NCBI GenBank assembly: GCA_009914755.4
Contig: CP068257.2
Location: 6,784,001 to 6,848,000 of the forward strand
Origin: the human T2T-CHM13v2.0 reference genome, Homo sapiens
Direction: 5' to 3'
DNA: 64,000 bases
The notes under the pieces were generated by a model. The model did not search any database and was not told where the DNA came from. It worked only from the letters and a program-made list of their open reading frames with translations. This document shows positions 44,701 through 57,400 of the stretch, one piece after another (the first letter of the stretch is position 1; each line of letters opens with the position of its first letter). Made by a program: the position numbers and the translations under genes.

Positions 44701-46602
44701 AATGGAATAGAAAGGATTCAACCCGAGTGGAAAGTAATGGATTGGAATGGAATGGAAAGGAATGGAATGGAATCAACACAAATGGAATGGAATGGAATGG
44801 AAAGGAATGGATTGCAATGGAATGGAATGGAATGGAATGGAATGGAATGGAATGGAAATGAAAGGAATGGAATGCAATGGAATGGAATGGAATGCAATGG
44901 AATGGAATGGAATGCAATGGAATGGAATGGAATGAAATGAAATAAACCCGAATGGAATGGAATGGAATGGAATGCAATGCCATGGAATGGAATGGAATGG
45001 AGTGGAATGGAATAAACAGAAGTGGAATGAATTGGAATGGAATGAAATGGAATGGAATGGAATGGAATGGACTGGAATGAAATAAACCCGAGTAGAATGG
45101 AACGGAATGGATTGGAATGGAAAGGAATTGAATAAACTGGAATGGAATGAAATGGAATGGAAGGGAGTGGAATGGAATGGAATACAATGGAATCAACACG
45201 AGTGGAATGCAATGCAACGGAAGGGAAAGGAATGGAATGGAACGGAACCAACCCGAGTGGAGTGGAATAAAGTGGAATGGAATGGAGTATGATCAACCTG
45301 AGTGGAACGGAATGCAATGGAATGGAATGGAATGGAATGGTTTCAACCAGAGTGGAATGGAATGGAATGGAATGGAACGGAATGGAATGCAATGGACGTA
45401 ACTGGAATGGAATGGAATGGAATGGAATGGAATGGAATGGAATGGAACGGAATCAACATGAGTCAAATGGAATGGAATGGAATGGAATGGAATGGAATGG
45501 AATGGAGTCAACACGAATGGACTGGAACGTAATGGAATGGAATGGAATGGAATGGTATGGTTTGGAATGAAATGGAAAGGAACGGAATGGAATCAACCCA
45601 AGTGGAGTGGAATAGAATGGAATGGAAGGGAATGAAGACGAGTCAAATGGAATGGAATGGAATGCAATGGAAAGGAATGGAATGCAATGAAATGGAATGG
45701 AATGGAATGGAATGGAATGCAATGGAATGGAATGGAATTCAGTGAAATGGAATGGAAAAGAATGGAATGGAATAGAATGGAATCTACTGTAATGGAATGG
45801 AAACAACCTGAGTGGAATGGAATGCAATGGAATGGAATGGAATGGAATGGAATGGAATGGAATGGAAAGGAACGGAATGTAAAGGAATGGAATGGAATCA
45901 ACCCGACTGGAATGGAATGGAATGGAAAGGAATGAATGGAATGGAATGGAATGGAATGGAATGGAATGGAATGGAATGGAATTGTATGGAATACAATGAT
46001 ATGGAATTGAATGGAATGGAACGGAATGGAACGGAATGGAATGGAATGGACCCCAATGGAATGGAATGGAATGGAATGGATTGGAATGGAATGGAACGGA
46101 ATTAACCCGAGTGGAATGGAATGGAATGGAATGGAGTGGAATGGAATGGAATGGAATGGAATGGAATGGAATGGAAAGGAATCAACCCGAGTGGAATGCA
46201 ATGAAATGGAATGCAATGGAATGGAATGGTATGGAATCAACCCTAGTGAAATGGTATGGAATGGAATGGAATGGAACAGAATGGAATGGAATCATCCCGA
46301 ATGGAATGGAAAGGAATGGAGAGGAATGGTACGGTATGGAATGGAATGGAAAGGAATCAACCCGAAGGTTATGGAATGGAATGCAATGGAATGGAATGGA
46401 ATCAACCCGAGTGGAATGCAATCGAATAAAATGGAATGGAATGAAACGGAAAGGAACGGAATGGAACGGAATTGAAAGGAATGGAATCAAACCGAGTGGA
46501 AAGGAATGGAATGGAATGAAATGCAATGGTGTGGAATGGAATGGAAAGGAATAACATGCAATCGACTTTAGTGGAATGGTATGGAATGGAATAATATGCA
46601 AT
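38718..46602. repeat. HOR copy 4, short (~7.9 kb) variant, near-identical to copy 1
   Basis: 38718-38897 is identical to 1-180. Short-specific sequence (TTTAATGTAATATAATGTAATGG at ~39372, cf. ~647) is present. Tail ORFs match copy 1 at offset ~38.7 kb (4213..5097 = 42934..43818, both 294 aa and identical). Confidence 0.8.
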
Positions 46603-48478
46603 CAACTTTGGTGGAATGGTATGGAATGGAATGGAAAGGAATGGAATGGAATGGAATAAAAGGGCATGGAATGGAATGGAATCAACCCGAATGGAATGGA
46701 ACGGAATGGAGTAGAATGGTATAGAATGGAATGGAATGGAAAGGAATCAACCTGAAGGGTATGGAATGGAATGGAATGGAATGGAATTGAATTGAATGGA
46801 ATGGAATGGAATGGAATCAACCAGAGGGGAATGCAATGAAATGAAATGGAATGGAATGGAACGGAAAGCAACGGAACGGAACGGAATTGAATGGAATGGA
46901 ATGAACCCGAGTGGAAAGGAATGGAATGGAATGGAATGGAATGGAATGGAATAACATGCAATCAACTTTGGTGGAATGGTATGGAATGGAATGGAATGGA
47001 ATGGAATCGAATGGAATGGAATCAACCCGAGTGGAATGCAATGGAATGAAAAGGAATGGAATGGAACGGAACGGAACGGAACGGAACGGAATGGAATGGA
47101 ATGGAATCAACCCGAGGGGAAAAGAATGGAATGGAATGGAATGGAATGGAATGGAATGGAATGGAATGGAATGGAATAAAAGGGCATGGAATGGAATGGA
47201 ATCATCCCGAGGGGAATGGAATGGAATGGAATGGAATGGAATGGAATGAAACGGAAATAAATCAAACCGAGTGGAATTTAATGTAATATAATGTAATGGA
47301 ATGGAATGGAAACAGTGCAATGCAATGATATCAACTGGAATGGAATGCATTGGAATGGAATGGAATGGAATCACCCTGAGTGGAAAGGAATAGAATGGAA
47401 TGGAAAGGAATGTAATGGAATGGAAACTAATGGAACGGAATGGAAACCACCAGAGTGGAATGGAATGCAATGGAATGGAATCGAATGGAATGGAATGGAA
47501 TGGAATGGAATGGAATGGAATGGAATGGAATACAACAAAATGGAAACAACCCGAGTGGAATGGCATGGAATGAAAAGGATTGAATATAATGGAATGGATT
47601 GGAATCAACCCGATTAGAAACTAATGGAATGGAATGGAATGGAATGGAATGGAATGGAATCTAACCTAGTGGAATGGAAAGGAATGGAATTTAAAGAAAT
47701 GAAATGGAATGGAATGGAACAGAATTGAATGGAATGGAATGGAATGGAATCTACCCGAGTGAAATGGAATGGAATGGAATTTAATGGAATGGAATGGTAT
47801 AGAATGTAATGGAATCAACCCCAGTGGAATGGTATAGAATGTAATGGAATGGAATGGAATGGAATAAAATGGAATGGAATGGAAACAACCCGAGTAGAAT
47901 GGAATGGAATAACCGGAGAGGAATGGAATGGAATGGAGTGGAATGGAATGGAATAGAATGGAATAGAAAGGAATGGAATAGAATGAAATTGAAAGGAATG
48001 GAATGGAAACCACCCGAGTGGAATGGAATGGAATGGAATGGAATGCAATGGAATCAACCTGAGTGGAATGGAAAGGAATGGAATGGAACGGAATATAATG
48101 GAATGGAATGGAAACATCCCGAGTGGAATGGAATGGTATGGAATGCAATTGAATGGTATGGAACAGAACGGAATGAAATGGAATGCAATAGATTGATTGC
48201 GAGTGGAATTGAATGGAATGGAATGGATTGGAATGGAATGGAAAGGATTGGAGTGGAATGGAATGGAATCAACAAGAATGGAATGGAAAGGAATGGAATG
48301 GAATGGAATGGAATGGAATGGAATGGAATGGTAAGGAACAGAATGGAAACAACCCGAGTGGAATGGAATGGAATGCACTGTAATCCACCCGAGTGGAATG
48401 GAATGTAATGGAATTGAACGGAATATAATGGAATTGAATGGAATCATCCCGAGTCGAATGGAATGGTATCTAATGCAA
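46603..48478. repeat. HOR copy 5, truncated short-variant copy (first ~1.9 kb only), slightly more diverged (~98% by eye) than copies 1 and 4
   Basis: Marker at 46603; short-specific motif at ~47275. 47850-48478 aligns to 39960-40600 with a handful of substitutions. Colinearity with copy 4 ends abruptly after GGTATCTAATGCAATGG at ~48478. Confidence 0.7.
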
Positions 48479-49939
48479 TGGAATGGAATGGAACAGAACG
48501 GAATGGAATGGAAAGAATAGATTGAATCCAAGTGGAATTGAATGGAATGAAATGGATTGGAAAGGAATGGAATGGATTCTAATGGAAAGGAGTGGATTCA
48601 ACCCGAGGGAATGTAATGGATTGGAATGGAGTGGAATGGAATGGAATGTAATCAACACGAATGGAATGGAACGGAATGGAATGGAATGGAATGGAATGCT
48701 ATGGAATGAAATAGAAAGGAACGGAATAGAATCAACCCAAATGGAATGGAATGGAATGGAATGGAATGGAATGGAAGGGAATCAACACGTGTGGAATGGA
48801 ATGGAAAGGAATGCAAAGGAATGGAATGGAATGGAATGCAATGGAATGGAATGGAATGGAATGGAATGGAATCAACCCGAGTGGAGGGGAATGGAATGGA
48901 ATGGAATCAACAAGAGTGGAGTGGAATAAAATGGAATGGAATGGGATGGAATCAACCTGAGTGGAACGGAATGGAATGGAATGGAACGGAATGGAATGGT
49001 ATCAACCAGAGTGGACTGGAATGGAATGGAATGGAATGGAATGGAATGGAATGGAACAGAATCAACCTGAGTCAAATAGAATGGAATGGAATGGAATGGA
49101 ATGCAATGGAATGGAAACTACTGGAATGTCATGGAAACAACCCGAGTGGAATGGAATGGAATGGAATGGAATGGAATGGAATGGAATGGATTGGAATGGA
49201 ATGTAAAGGAATGGAATGGAATCAACCCGACTGGAATGGAATGGAAAGGAAAGGAATGAATGGAATGGAATGGAATGGAATGGAATGGATTGGAATGGAA
49301 TGGAATGGAATAAACCAGAATGGAATGGAATGAAATGGAATGGAATGGAGTGGAATGGAATAAACACCAGTGGAATGAAATGGAATGGAAGGAAATGGAA
49401 TGGAATGGAATGGAATGGAATGGAATGGAATGGAATGGAATGAAATCAACCCGAATAGAATGGAACGGAAAGGAATGTAATGGAATAGAGTGGAATGGAA
49501 TGGAATGGAATGGAATGGAATGGAATGGAATGGATTCAACCCGAGTGGAATGGAATGGAATGGAATGCAATGGAATGGAATGGTATGGAATCAACCCTAG
49601 TGGAATGGTATGGAATGGAATGGAACGGAACGGAATGGAATTTAATCAACCCGAATGGAATGGAACGGAATGGAGTGGAATGGTACGGAATGGAATGAAA
49701 TGGAAAGGAATCAACACGAAGGGTATGGATTGTAATGCAATGGAATGGAATGGAATGGAATCAACCCGACTGGAATGCAATGGAATAAAATGGAATGGAA
49801 TGGAACGGAACGGAACGGAACGGAACGGAATTGAAAGGAATGGAATCAACCCGAGTGAAAAGGAATGGAATGGAAAGGAATGGAATGGAATGGAATGGAA
49901 TGGAATGGAATGGAATGGAGTGGAATGGAATGGAATGGA

Positions 49940-51380
49940 ATAACATGCAATCAACTTTGGTGGCATGGTATGGAATGGAATAACATGCAATCAAATTTGG
50001 TGGAATGGTATTTAAAGAAATGGAAAAGAATGGAATGGAATGGAATAAAAGGGCATTGAAAGGAAAGGAATCAAACCGAATGGAATGGAACGGAATGGAG
50101 TGGAATGGTATGGAATGGAATGGAATGGAAAGAAATCAACCCGATGTGTATGGAATGGAATGGAATGGAATGGAACGGAATGGAATGGAATCAACACGAG
50201 TGGAATGCAATGGAATGAAATGGAATGGAATGGAACGGAACAGAACAGAATTGAATGAAATGGAATCAACACAAGTGGAAAGGAATGGAATGGAATGGAA
50301 TGCAATGGAATGCAATTGAATGGAATGGAATAACATGCAATCAACTTTGGTGGAATGGTATGGAATGGAATGGAATATAATGGAATGGAATGGAACAAAA
50401 GGGCATGGAATGGAACGGAATCAAACCGAATGGAATAGAGCGGAAGGGAGTGGAATGGTATGGAATGGAATGGAATGGAAAGGAATGAACCTGAAGGGCA
50501 TGGAATGGAATGGAATGGAATGGAAGGGAATGGAAAGGAATGGAATCAACTCGAGTGGAATGTAATGGAATGGAATGGAACGGAACGGAACGGAAAGGAA
50601 TTGAATGGAATGGAATCAACCCGAGTGGAATGGAATGGAATGGAATGCAATGGAATGGAATGGAATGCAATGGAATGGAATGGAATGGAATGGAATGGAA
50701 TGGAATGGAATGGAATGGAATAACATGCAATCAACTTTGGTGGAAAGCTATAGAATGGAATGGAATGGAATGGAATGGAATGGAATGGAATGGAATGGAA
50801 TGGAATGGAAAGGAATGGAATGGAATGGAATAAAAGGGCATGGAATGGAACAGAATCAACCCGAATGGAAAGGAACGGAAAGGAGTGGAATGGTATGGAA
50901 TGGAATGGAATAGAAAGGAATCAACCCGAAGGGTATGGAATGGAATGGAATGGAATGGAATGGAATGGAATGGAATGGAATGGAATCAACCCGAGTGGAA
51001 TGCAATGGAATGAAATGGAAGGGAATGGAATGGAATGGAACGGAACGGAACGGAATGGAACGGAACGGAATTGAATGGAATGGAATCAACCAAAGTGGAA
51101 AGGAATGGAATGGAATGGAATGGAATGGAATGGAATGGAATGGAATGCAATGGAATGGAATGGAATGGAATGCAATGGAATGGAATGGAATGCAATGGAA
51201 TGGAATGGAATGGAATGGAATGGAATGGAATGGAATGGAATGGAATAGCATGCAATCAACTTTGGTGGAATGGCATGGAATGGAATGGAATGGAATGGAA
51301 TGGAATGGAATAAAAGGGCATGGAATGGAATGGAATCAACCCGAGAGGAATGGAATGAAATGGAATGGAATGGAATGGAA
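49940..51380. repeat. Tandem ~390 bp HSat3 sub-repeat (unit: ATAACATGCAATCAACTTTGGTGGAATGGTATGG ... ATAAAAGGGCATGG ... CAACCCGAAGGGTATGG ... (GGAAC)n ... CAACCCGAGTGGAAAGG), ~3.5 copies
   Basis: CAATCAACTTTGGTGG recurs at ~49948, 49988, 50338, 50728 and 51248 (spacings 390, 390, 520). Each unit contains ATAAAAGGGCAT and a GGAAC run in the same order as HOR head 1-350. Confidence 0.7.
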
Positions 51381-53400
51381 TGGAAATCAGTCAAACCGAG
51401 TGGAATGTAATGTAATGGAATGGAATGGAAACAGTGCAAAGCAATGCTATCAAAGGGAATGGAATGCATTGGAATGGAATGGAATGGAATCACCCTGAGT
51501 AGAAAGGAATGGAATGGAATGGAATGGAACGGATGGAATGGAATGGAAACTAATGGAATGGAATGGAAACAACCCGAGTGGAATGGAATGCAATGGAATG
51601 GAATGGAATGGAATGGAATGGAATGGAATACAACAAAATGGAAACAACCTGAGTGGAATGGCATGGAATGGAAAGGACTTGAATATAATGGAATGGATCA
51701 GAATCAACCGGATTAGAAACTAATGGAATGGAATGGAATGGAATGGAATGGAATGGAATAGAATGGAATGGAATGGAATCTACAAAAGTGGAATGGAATG
51801 TAATGGAATTAAATGGAATGGAATAGAATGGAATGGAACGGAATGGAATGGAATGGAATGGAATGGAATGGAATGGAATGGAATGGAATCAACCCGAGTG
51901 GAATGGAATGGAAAGGAATGGAAGGGAATCAACACGAGTGGAATGGAATGGAAAGGAATGCAATGGAATGGAATGGAATGGAATGGAATGGAATGGAATG
52001 GAATGGAGTGGAATGGAATGGAATCTACCCAAGTGGAATGGAATGGAATGGAATTTAATGGAATGGAATGGAATAGAATGGTATGGAATCAACCCCAGTG
52101 GAATGGTAAAGAATGCAATGTAATGGAACGGAATGGAATGGAATAAAATGGAATGGAATGGAATGGAATGGAAACAACCCGAGTGCAATGGAATGGAATG
52201 GAATAACCGGAGAGGAATGGAATGGAATGAAGTGTAATGGAATGTAATAGAATGGAATGGAATGGAATGGAATGGAATGGAATGGAATGGAATGGAATAG
52301 AATGAAATGGAAAGGAATGGAATAGAAACAACCAGAGTGGAATGGAATGGAAAGGAATCCACCCTAGTGGAATGCAATGGAATGGAATGGAACGGAACAC
52401 AATGGAATGGAATGGAATTGTCCCGAGTGGAATGGAATGGTATGGAATGCAATAGAATGGAATGGAACAGAACGGAATGAAATGGAATGGAATAGATTGT
52501 ATGCGAGTGGAATTGAATGGAATGGAATGGATTGCAATGGAATGGAATGGATTGGAGTGGAATGGAATGGAATCAACACGAATGGAATGTAACGGAATGG
52601 AATGGAATGGAATGTAACGGAATGGAATGGAATGGAATGGAAAGGAACGGAATGGAATCAAACTTAGTGGAATGGAAGGGAATGGAATGGAATCCACCCG
52701 AGTGTAATGGAATGGAATGGAATGCAATGGAATTGAACGGAATATAATGGAATGGAATGCAATCATCCCGAGTGGAATGGAATGGTATATAATGCAATGG
52801 AATGAAATGGAACAGAACGGAATGGAATGGAAATAATAGATTGAATCCAAGTGGAATTGAATGGAATGGAATGGATTGGAAAGGAATGGAATGGATTGGA
52901 ATGGAAAGGAATGGATTCAACCCGAGTGGAATGTAATGGATTGGAATGGAGTGGAATGGAATGGAACGGAATGAACACGAATGTAATCGAACGGAATGGA
53001 ATGGAATGGTAAGCAATGAAATGGAAAGGAACGGAATAGAATCAAACCAAGTGGAAGGGAATGGAATGGAATGGAAGGAAATCAACACGAGTGGAATGGA
53101 ATGGAAAGGAATGCAATGGAATGGAATGGAATGGAATGGAATGGAATGGAATGGAATGGAATGGAATGGAATGGAATCTACCCGAGTGGAGTGGAATGCA
53201 ATGGAATGGAATGGAATGGAATCAACCCGAGTGGAATGGAATGGAAGAGAATGCAATAGAATGGAATGGAATGGAATGCAATGGAATGGAATGGAGTGGA
53301 ATTCAATGGAATCAAACCGAGTGGAATGGAATGGTATGGAATGCAATTAAATGGAGTGGAACAGAAGGGAATGGAATGGAATGGAATTGATTGAATCCGA
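51380..53400. repeat. Diverged paralogue of HOR short-variant positions ~640-2900 (includes the landmark element at ~51625-51720)
   Basis: 51380-51500 (AAATCAGTCAAACCGAGTGGAATGTAATGTAATGG...AAACAGTGCAAAGCAATGCTATCAAAGGG...CACCCTGAGT) parallels 636-760. 51625-51720 parallels 903-1003. Artefact ORF 52089..52850 parallels 1068..1967 and 13842..14258. Confidence 0.55.
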
Positions 53401-54339
53401 GTGGAATTGAATGGAAGGGAATACATCGGAATGGAATGGAAAAGATTCAACCCGAGTGGAATGTAATGGAATGGATTGGAGTGGAATGGAGTGGAATCAC
53501 CACAAATGGAATGGAATGCAATGGAATAGAAGGGATTGGAATAGAATGGAATGGAATGGAACGGAATGGAATAGAATGGAATGTAATGGAATGGAGTAGA
53601 ATGGAATAAACACCAGTGGAATGAAATGGAATGGAATGGAATGGAATGGAATTGAATGGAATGAAATGAACCCCAGTAGAACACAACGGAATGGAATGGA
53701 ATGGAAAGGAATGGAATCAACTGGAATGGAATGAAATGGAATGGAATGGAGTGGAATGGAATGGAATGCAATGGAATCAACAAGAGTGAAATGCAATGGA
53801 ATGGAATGGAATGGAATGGAACGGAATGGAATCAACCAGAATGGAGTGAAATAAAATGGAAAGGAGTGGAATGGAATCAACCTGAGTGGAACGGAACGGA
53901 ATGGAATGGAATGCAATGGAATGGAATGGAATGGAATGGAATGGTATCAACCAGAGTGGAATGGAATGGAATGGAATGGAATGGAGCAGGAATGGAATGC
54001 AATGGAATCAACTGCAATGAAATGGAATGGAATGGAATTGATTGAATCCGAGTGGAAATAAAAGGAAGGGAGTGCATTGGAATGGAATGGAAAGGATTAA
54101 ACCCGAGTGGAATGTAATGGAATGGGGTGGAGTGGAATGGAATGGTATGGAATGGAATGGAATGGAATAGAATCAACACAAAGAGAAAGGAATGGAATGG
54201 AATGGAATAGAATGGAAAGGAACGGAATGCACTGGAATGGAATGGAATGGAATGAAATGGAATAAACCCGAATGGAATGGAATGGAATGGAATGGAATGG
54301 AATGGAATGGAATGCAATGGAATGGAATGGAATGGAATG

Positions 54340-57300
54340 GAATAATATGCAATCAACTTTGGTGGAATGGTATAGAATGGAATGCAATGGAATGGAATGG
54401 AATGGAATGGAATGGAATGGAATCAAACCGAGTGGAATGCAATGGAATGGAATAGAATGGAATGGAATGGAATGGAATCAACCCGAAGGAAATGGAATGG
54501 AATGGAAAGGAATGAATGCAATGGAATGGAATGGGATGGTATGGAATGCAATGGGATGGAATTGAATGGAATGGAACGGAATGGAACGGAATGGAATGGA
54601 CCTCAATGGAATGGAATGGAATGGAATGGATTGGAATGGGATGGAACGGAATTAACCCGAGTGGAATGGAATGGAATGGAATGGAACGGAATGGAATGGA
54701 ATGGAATGGACCCCAATGGAATGGAATGGAATGGAATGGAATGGAATGGAATGGAATCAACCCGAGTGGAATGTAATGGAATGGAATGCAATGAAATGGA
54801 ACGGTATGGAATCAACCCTAGTGGAATGGTGTGGAATGGAATGGAACGGAACGGAATGGAATGGAATGGAATCAACCTGAATGGAATGGAATGGAATGCA
54901 GTGGAAAGGTACGTAATGGAATGGATTGGAAAGGAATCAACTCGAAAGGTATGGAATGGAATGCAATGGAATGGAACGGAATGGAATGGAATCAACCTGA
55001 GTGGAATGCAATGGAATAAAATGGAATGGAATGGAACGGAACGGAACGGAATGGAACGGAATTGAAAGGAATGGAATCAATCCGAGTGGAAAGGAATGGA
55101 ATGGAATGGAATGGAATTTAGTGGAATGGAATGGAATGGAATAACATGCAATCAACTTTGGTGGAATAGTATGGAATGAAATAACATGCAATCAACTTTG
55201 GTGGAATGGTATGGAATGGAATGGAAAGGAATGCAATGGAATGGAATAAAAGGGCATGGAATGGAACGGAATCAACCCGAATGGAATGGAACGGAATGGA
55301 GAGGAATGGTATGGAATGGAATGGAATGGAAAGAAATCAACCCAAAGGGTATGGAACGGAACGGAATAGAATGGAATGGAATCAACCCGAGTGGAAAGGA
55401 ATGGAAAGAAATGGAATGGAATGTAATGGAATGGAATAACATGCAATCAATTTTTGTGGAATGGTATGGAATGGAATGGAATGGAATGGAATGGAATGGA
55501 ATGGAAAGGAATGGAATAAAAGGGCATGGAATGGAACGGAATCAACCCGAATGGAATGGAGAGGAATGGAGTGGAATGGTATGGAATGGAATAGAATGGA
55601 AAGGAATCAACACGGAGGGTGTGGAATGGAATGGAATGGAATGGAAAAGAATGGAATCAACACGATTGCAATGCAATGGAATGAAATATAATGGAATGGA
55701 ATGGAACGGAACGGAACGGAATTGAAAGGAATGGAATCAACCCGAGTGGAATGCAATGCAATGGAATGGAATGGAATGGAATGGAATGGAATGGAATAAA
55801 AGGGCATGGAATTGAATGGAATCAACCTGAGAGGAATGGAATGGAATGGAATGGAATGGAATGGAATAGAATGGAATGGAATAAAAGGGCATGGGATGGA
55901 ACAGAATCAACCCGAATGGAATGGATCGGAATGGAGTGGAACGGTATTGAATGGAATCGAAAGGAAAGGAATCAATCTGAGGGGTATGTAATGGAAAGGA
56001 ATGGAATGGAATGGAATGGAATCAGCCCGACTGGACTGCAATGGAATGAAATGGAATGGAATGGAAAGGAATGGAACGGAACGGAACAGAACCGAACAGA
56101 ATTGAATGGAATGGAATCAACCCAAGTGGAAAGGAATGGAATGGAATGGAATGGAATGGAATGGAAAGGTATGGAATGGAATAGCATGCAATCAACTTTG
56201 GTGGAATGGTATGGAATAGAATGGAATGGAATGAAATAAAAGGGCATGGAATGGAACGGAATCAAACCGAATGGAATGGAACGGAATGGAGTGGAATGGT
56301 ATGGAATGGAATGGAATGGAAAGAAATCAACCCGAAGGGTATGGAATGGAATGGAATTGAAAGGAATGGAATGGAATGGAATCAACCCGAGAGGAATGCA
56401 ATGGAATGAAATGGAATGGAATGGAACGGAACGGAACGGAATAGAATGGAATGGAATCAACCCGAGTGGAAAGGAATGGAAAGAAATGGAATGGAGTGTA
56501 ATGGAATGCAATAACATGCAATCAACTTTGGTGGAATGGTATGGAATGGAATGGAATGGAATGGAATGGAATTGAATGGAATGGAATGGAATGGAAAGGA
56601 ATGGAATAAAAGGGCATGGAATGGAACGGAATCAACCCGAATGGAATGGAGCGGAATGGAGTGGAAAGGTATGGAATGGAATGGAATGGAAAGGAATCAA
56701 CCCGAAGGGTGTGGAATGGAATGGAATGGAATGGAAAAGAATGGAATCAGCACGATTGGAATACAATGGTATGAAATGTAATGGAATGGAACGGAACGGA
56801 ATAGAACGGAATTGAAAGGAATGGAATCAACCCGAGTGGAATGGAATGAAATGCAACGGAATGGAATGGAATGGAATGGAATGGAATGGAATGGAATAAC
56901 ATGAAATCAACTTTGGTGGAATGATTGGAATGGAATGGAATGGAATGGAATGGAATGGAATGGAATGGAATAAAAGGACATGGGATGGAAAAGAATCAAC
57001 CCAAAAGGAATGCATCGGAATGGAGTGGAATGGTATTGAATGGAATCGAATGGAAAGGAATCAACCTGAAGGGTATGGAATGGAAAGGAATGGAATGGAA
57101 TGGAATGGAATGGAATCAGCCCGACTGGAATGCAATGGAATGAAATGGAATGGAATGGAAAGGAATGGAAAGGAACGGAACAGAACGGAACAGAATTGAA
57201 TGGAATGGAATCAACCCAAGTGGAAAGGAATGGAATGGAATGGAATGGAATGGAATGGAATGGAATGGAATGGAATGGAATGGAAAGGTATGGAATGGAA

Positions 57301-57400
57301 TAGCATGCAATCAACTTTGGTGGAATGGTATGGAATGGAATGGAATGGAATAGAATGGAAACTACTGGAATGGAATGGAAATAAACCGAGTGGAATGGAA
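54340..57400. repeat. Second stretch of the ~300-400 bp ATAACATGCAATCAACTTTGGTGG / ATAAAAGGGCATGG sub-repeat, ~8-9 irregular copies
   Basis: Marker positions ~54351, 55150, 55188, 55443, 56190, 56519, 56907 and 57309 (spacings 290-800). ATAAAAGGGCATGG is present in each. Confidence 0.65.
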
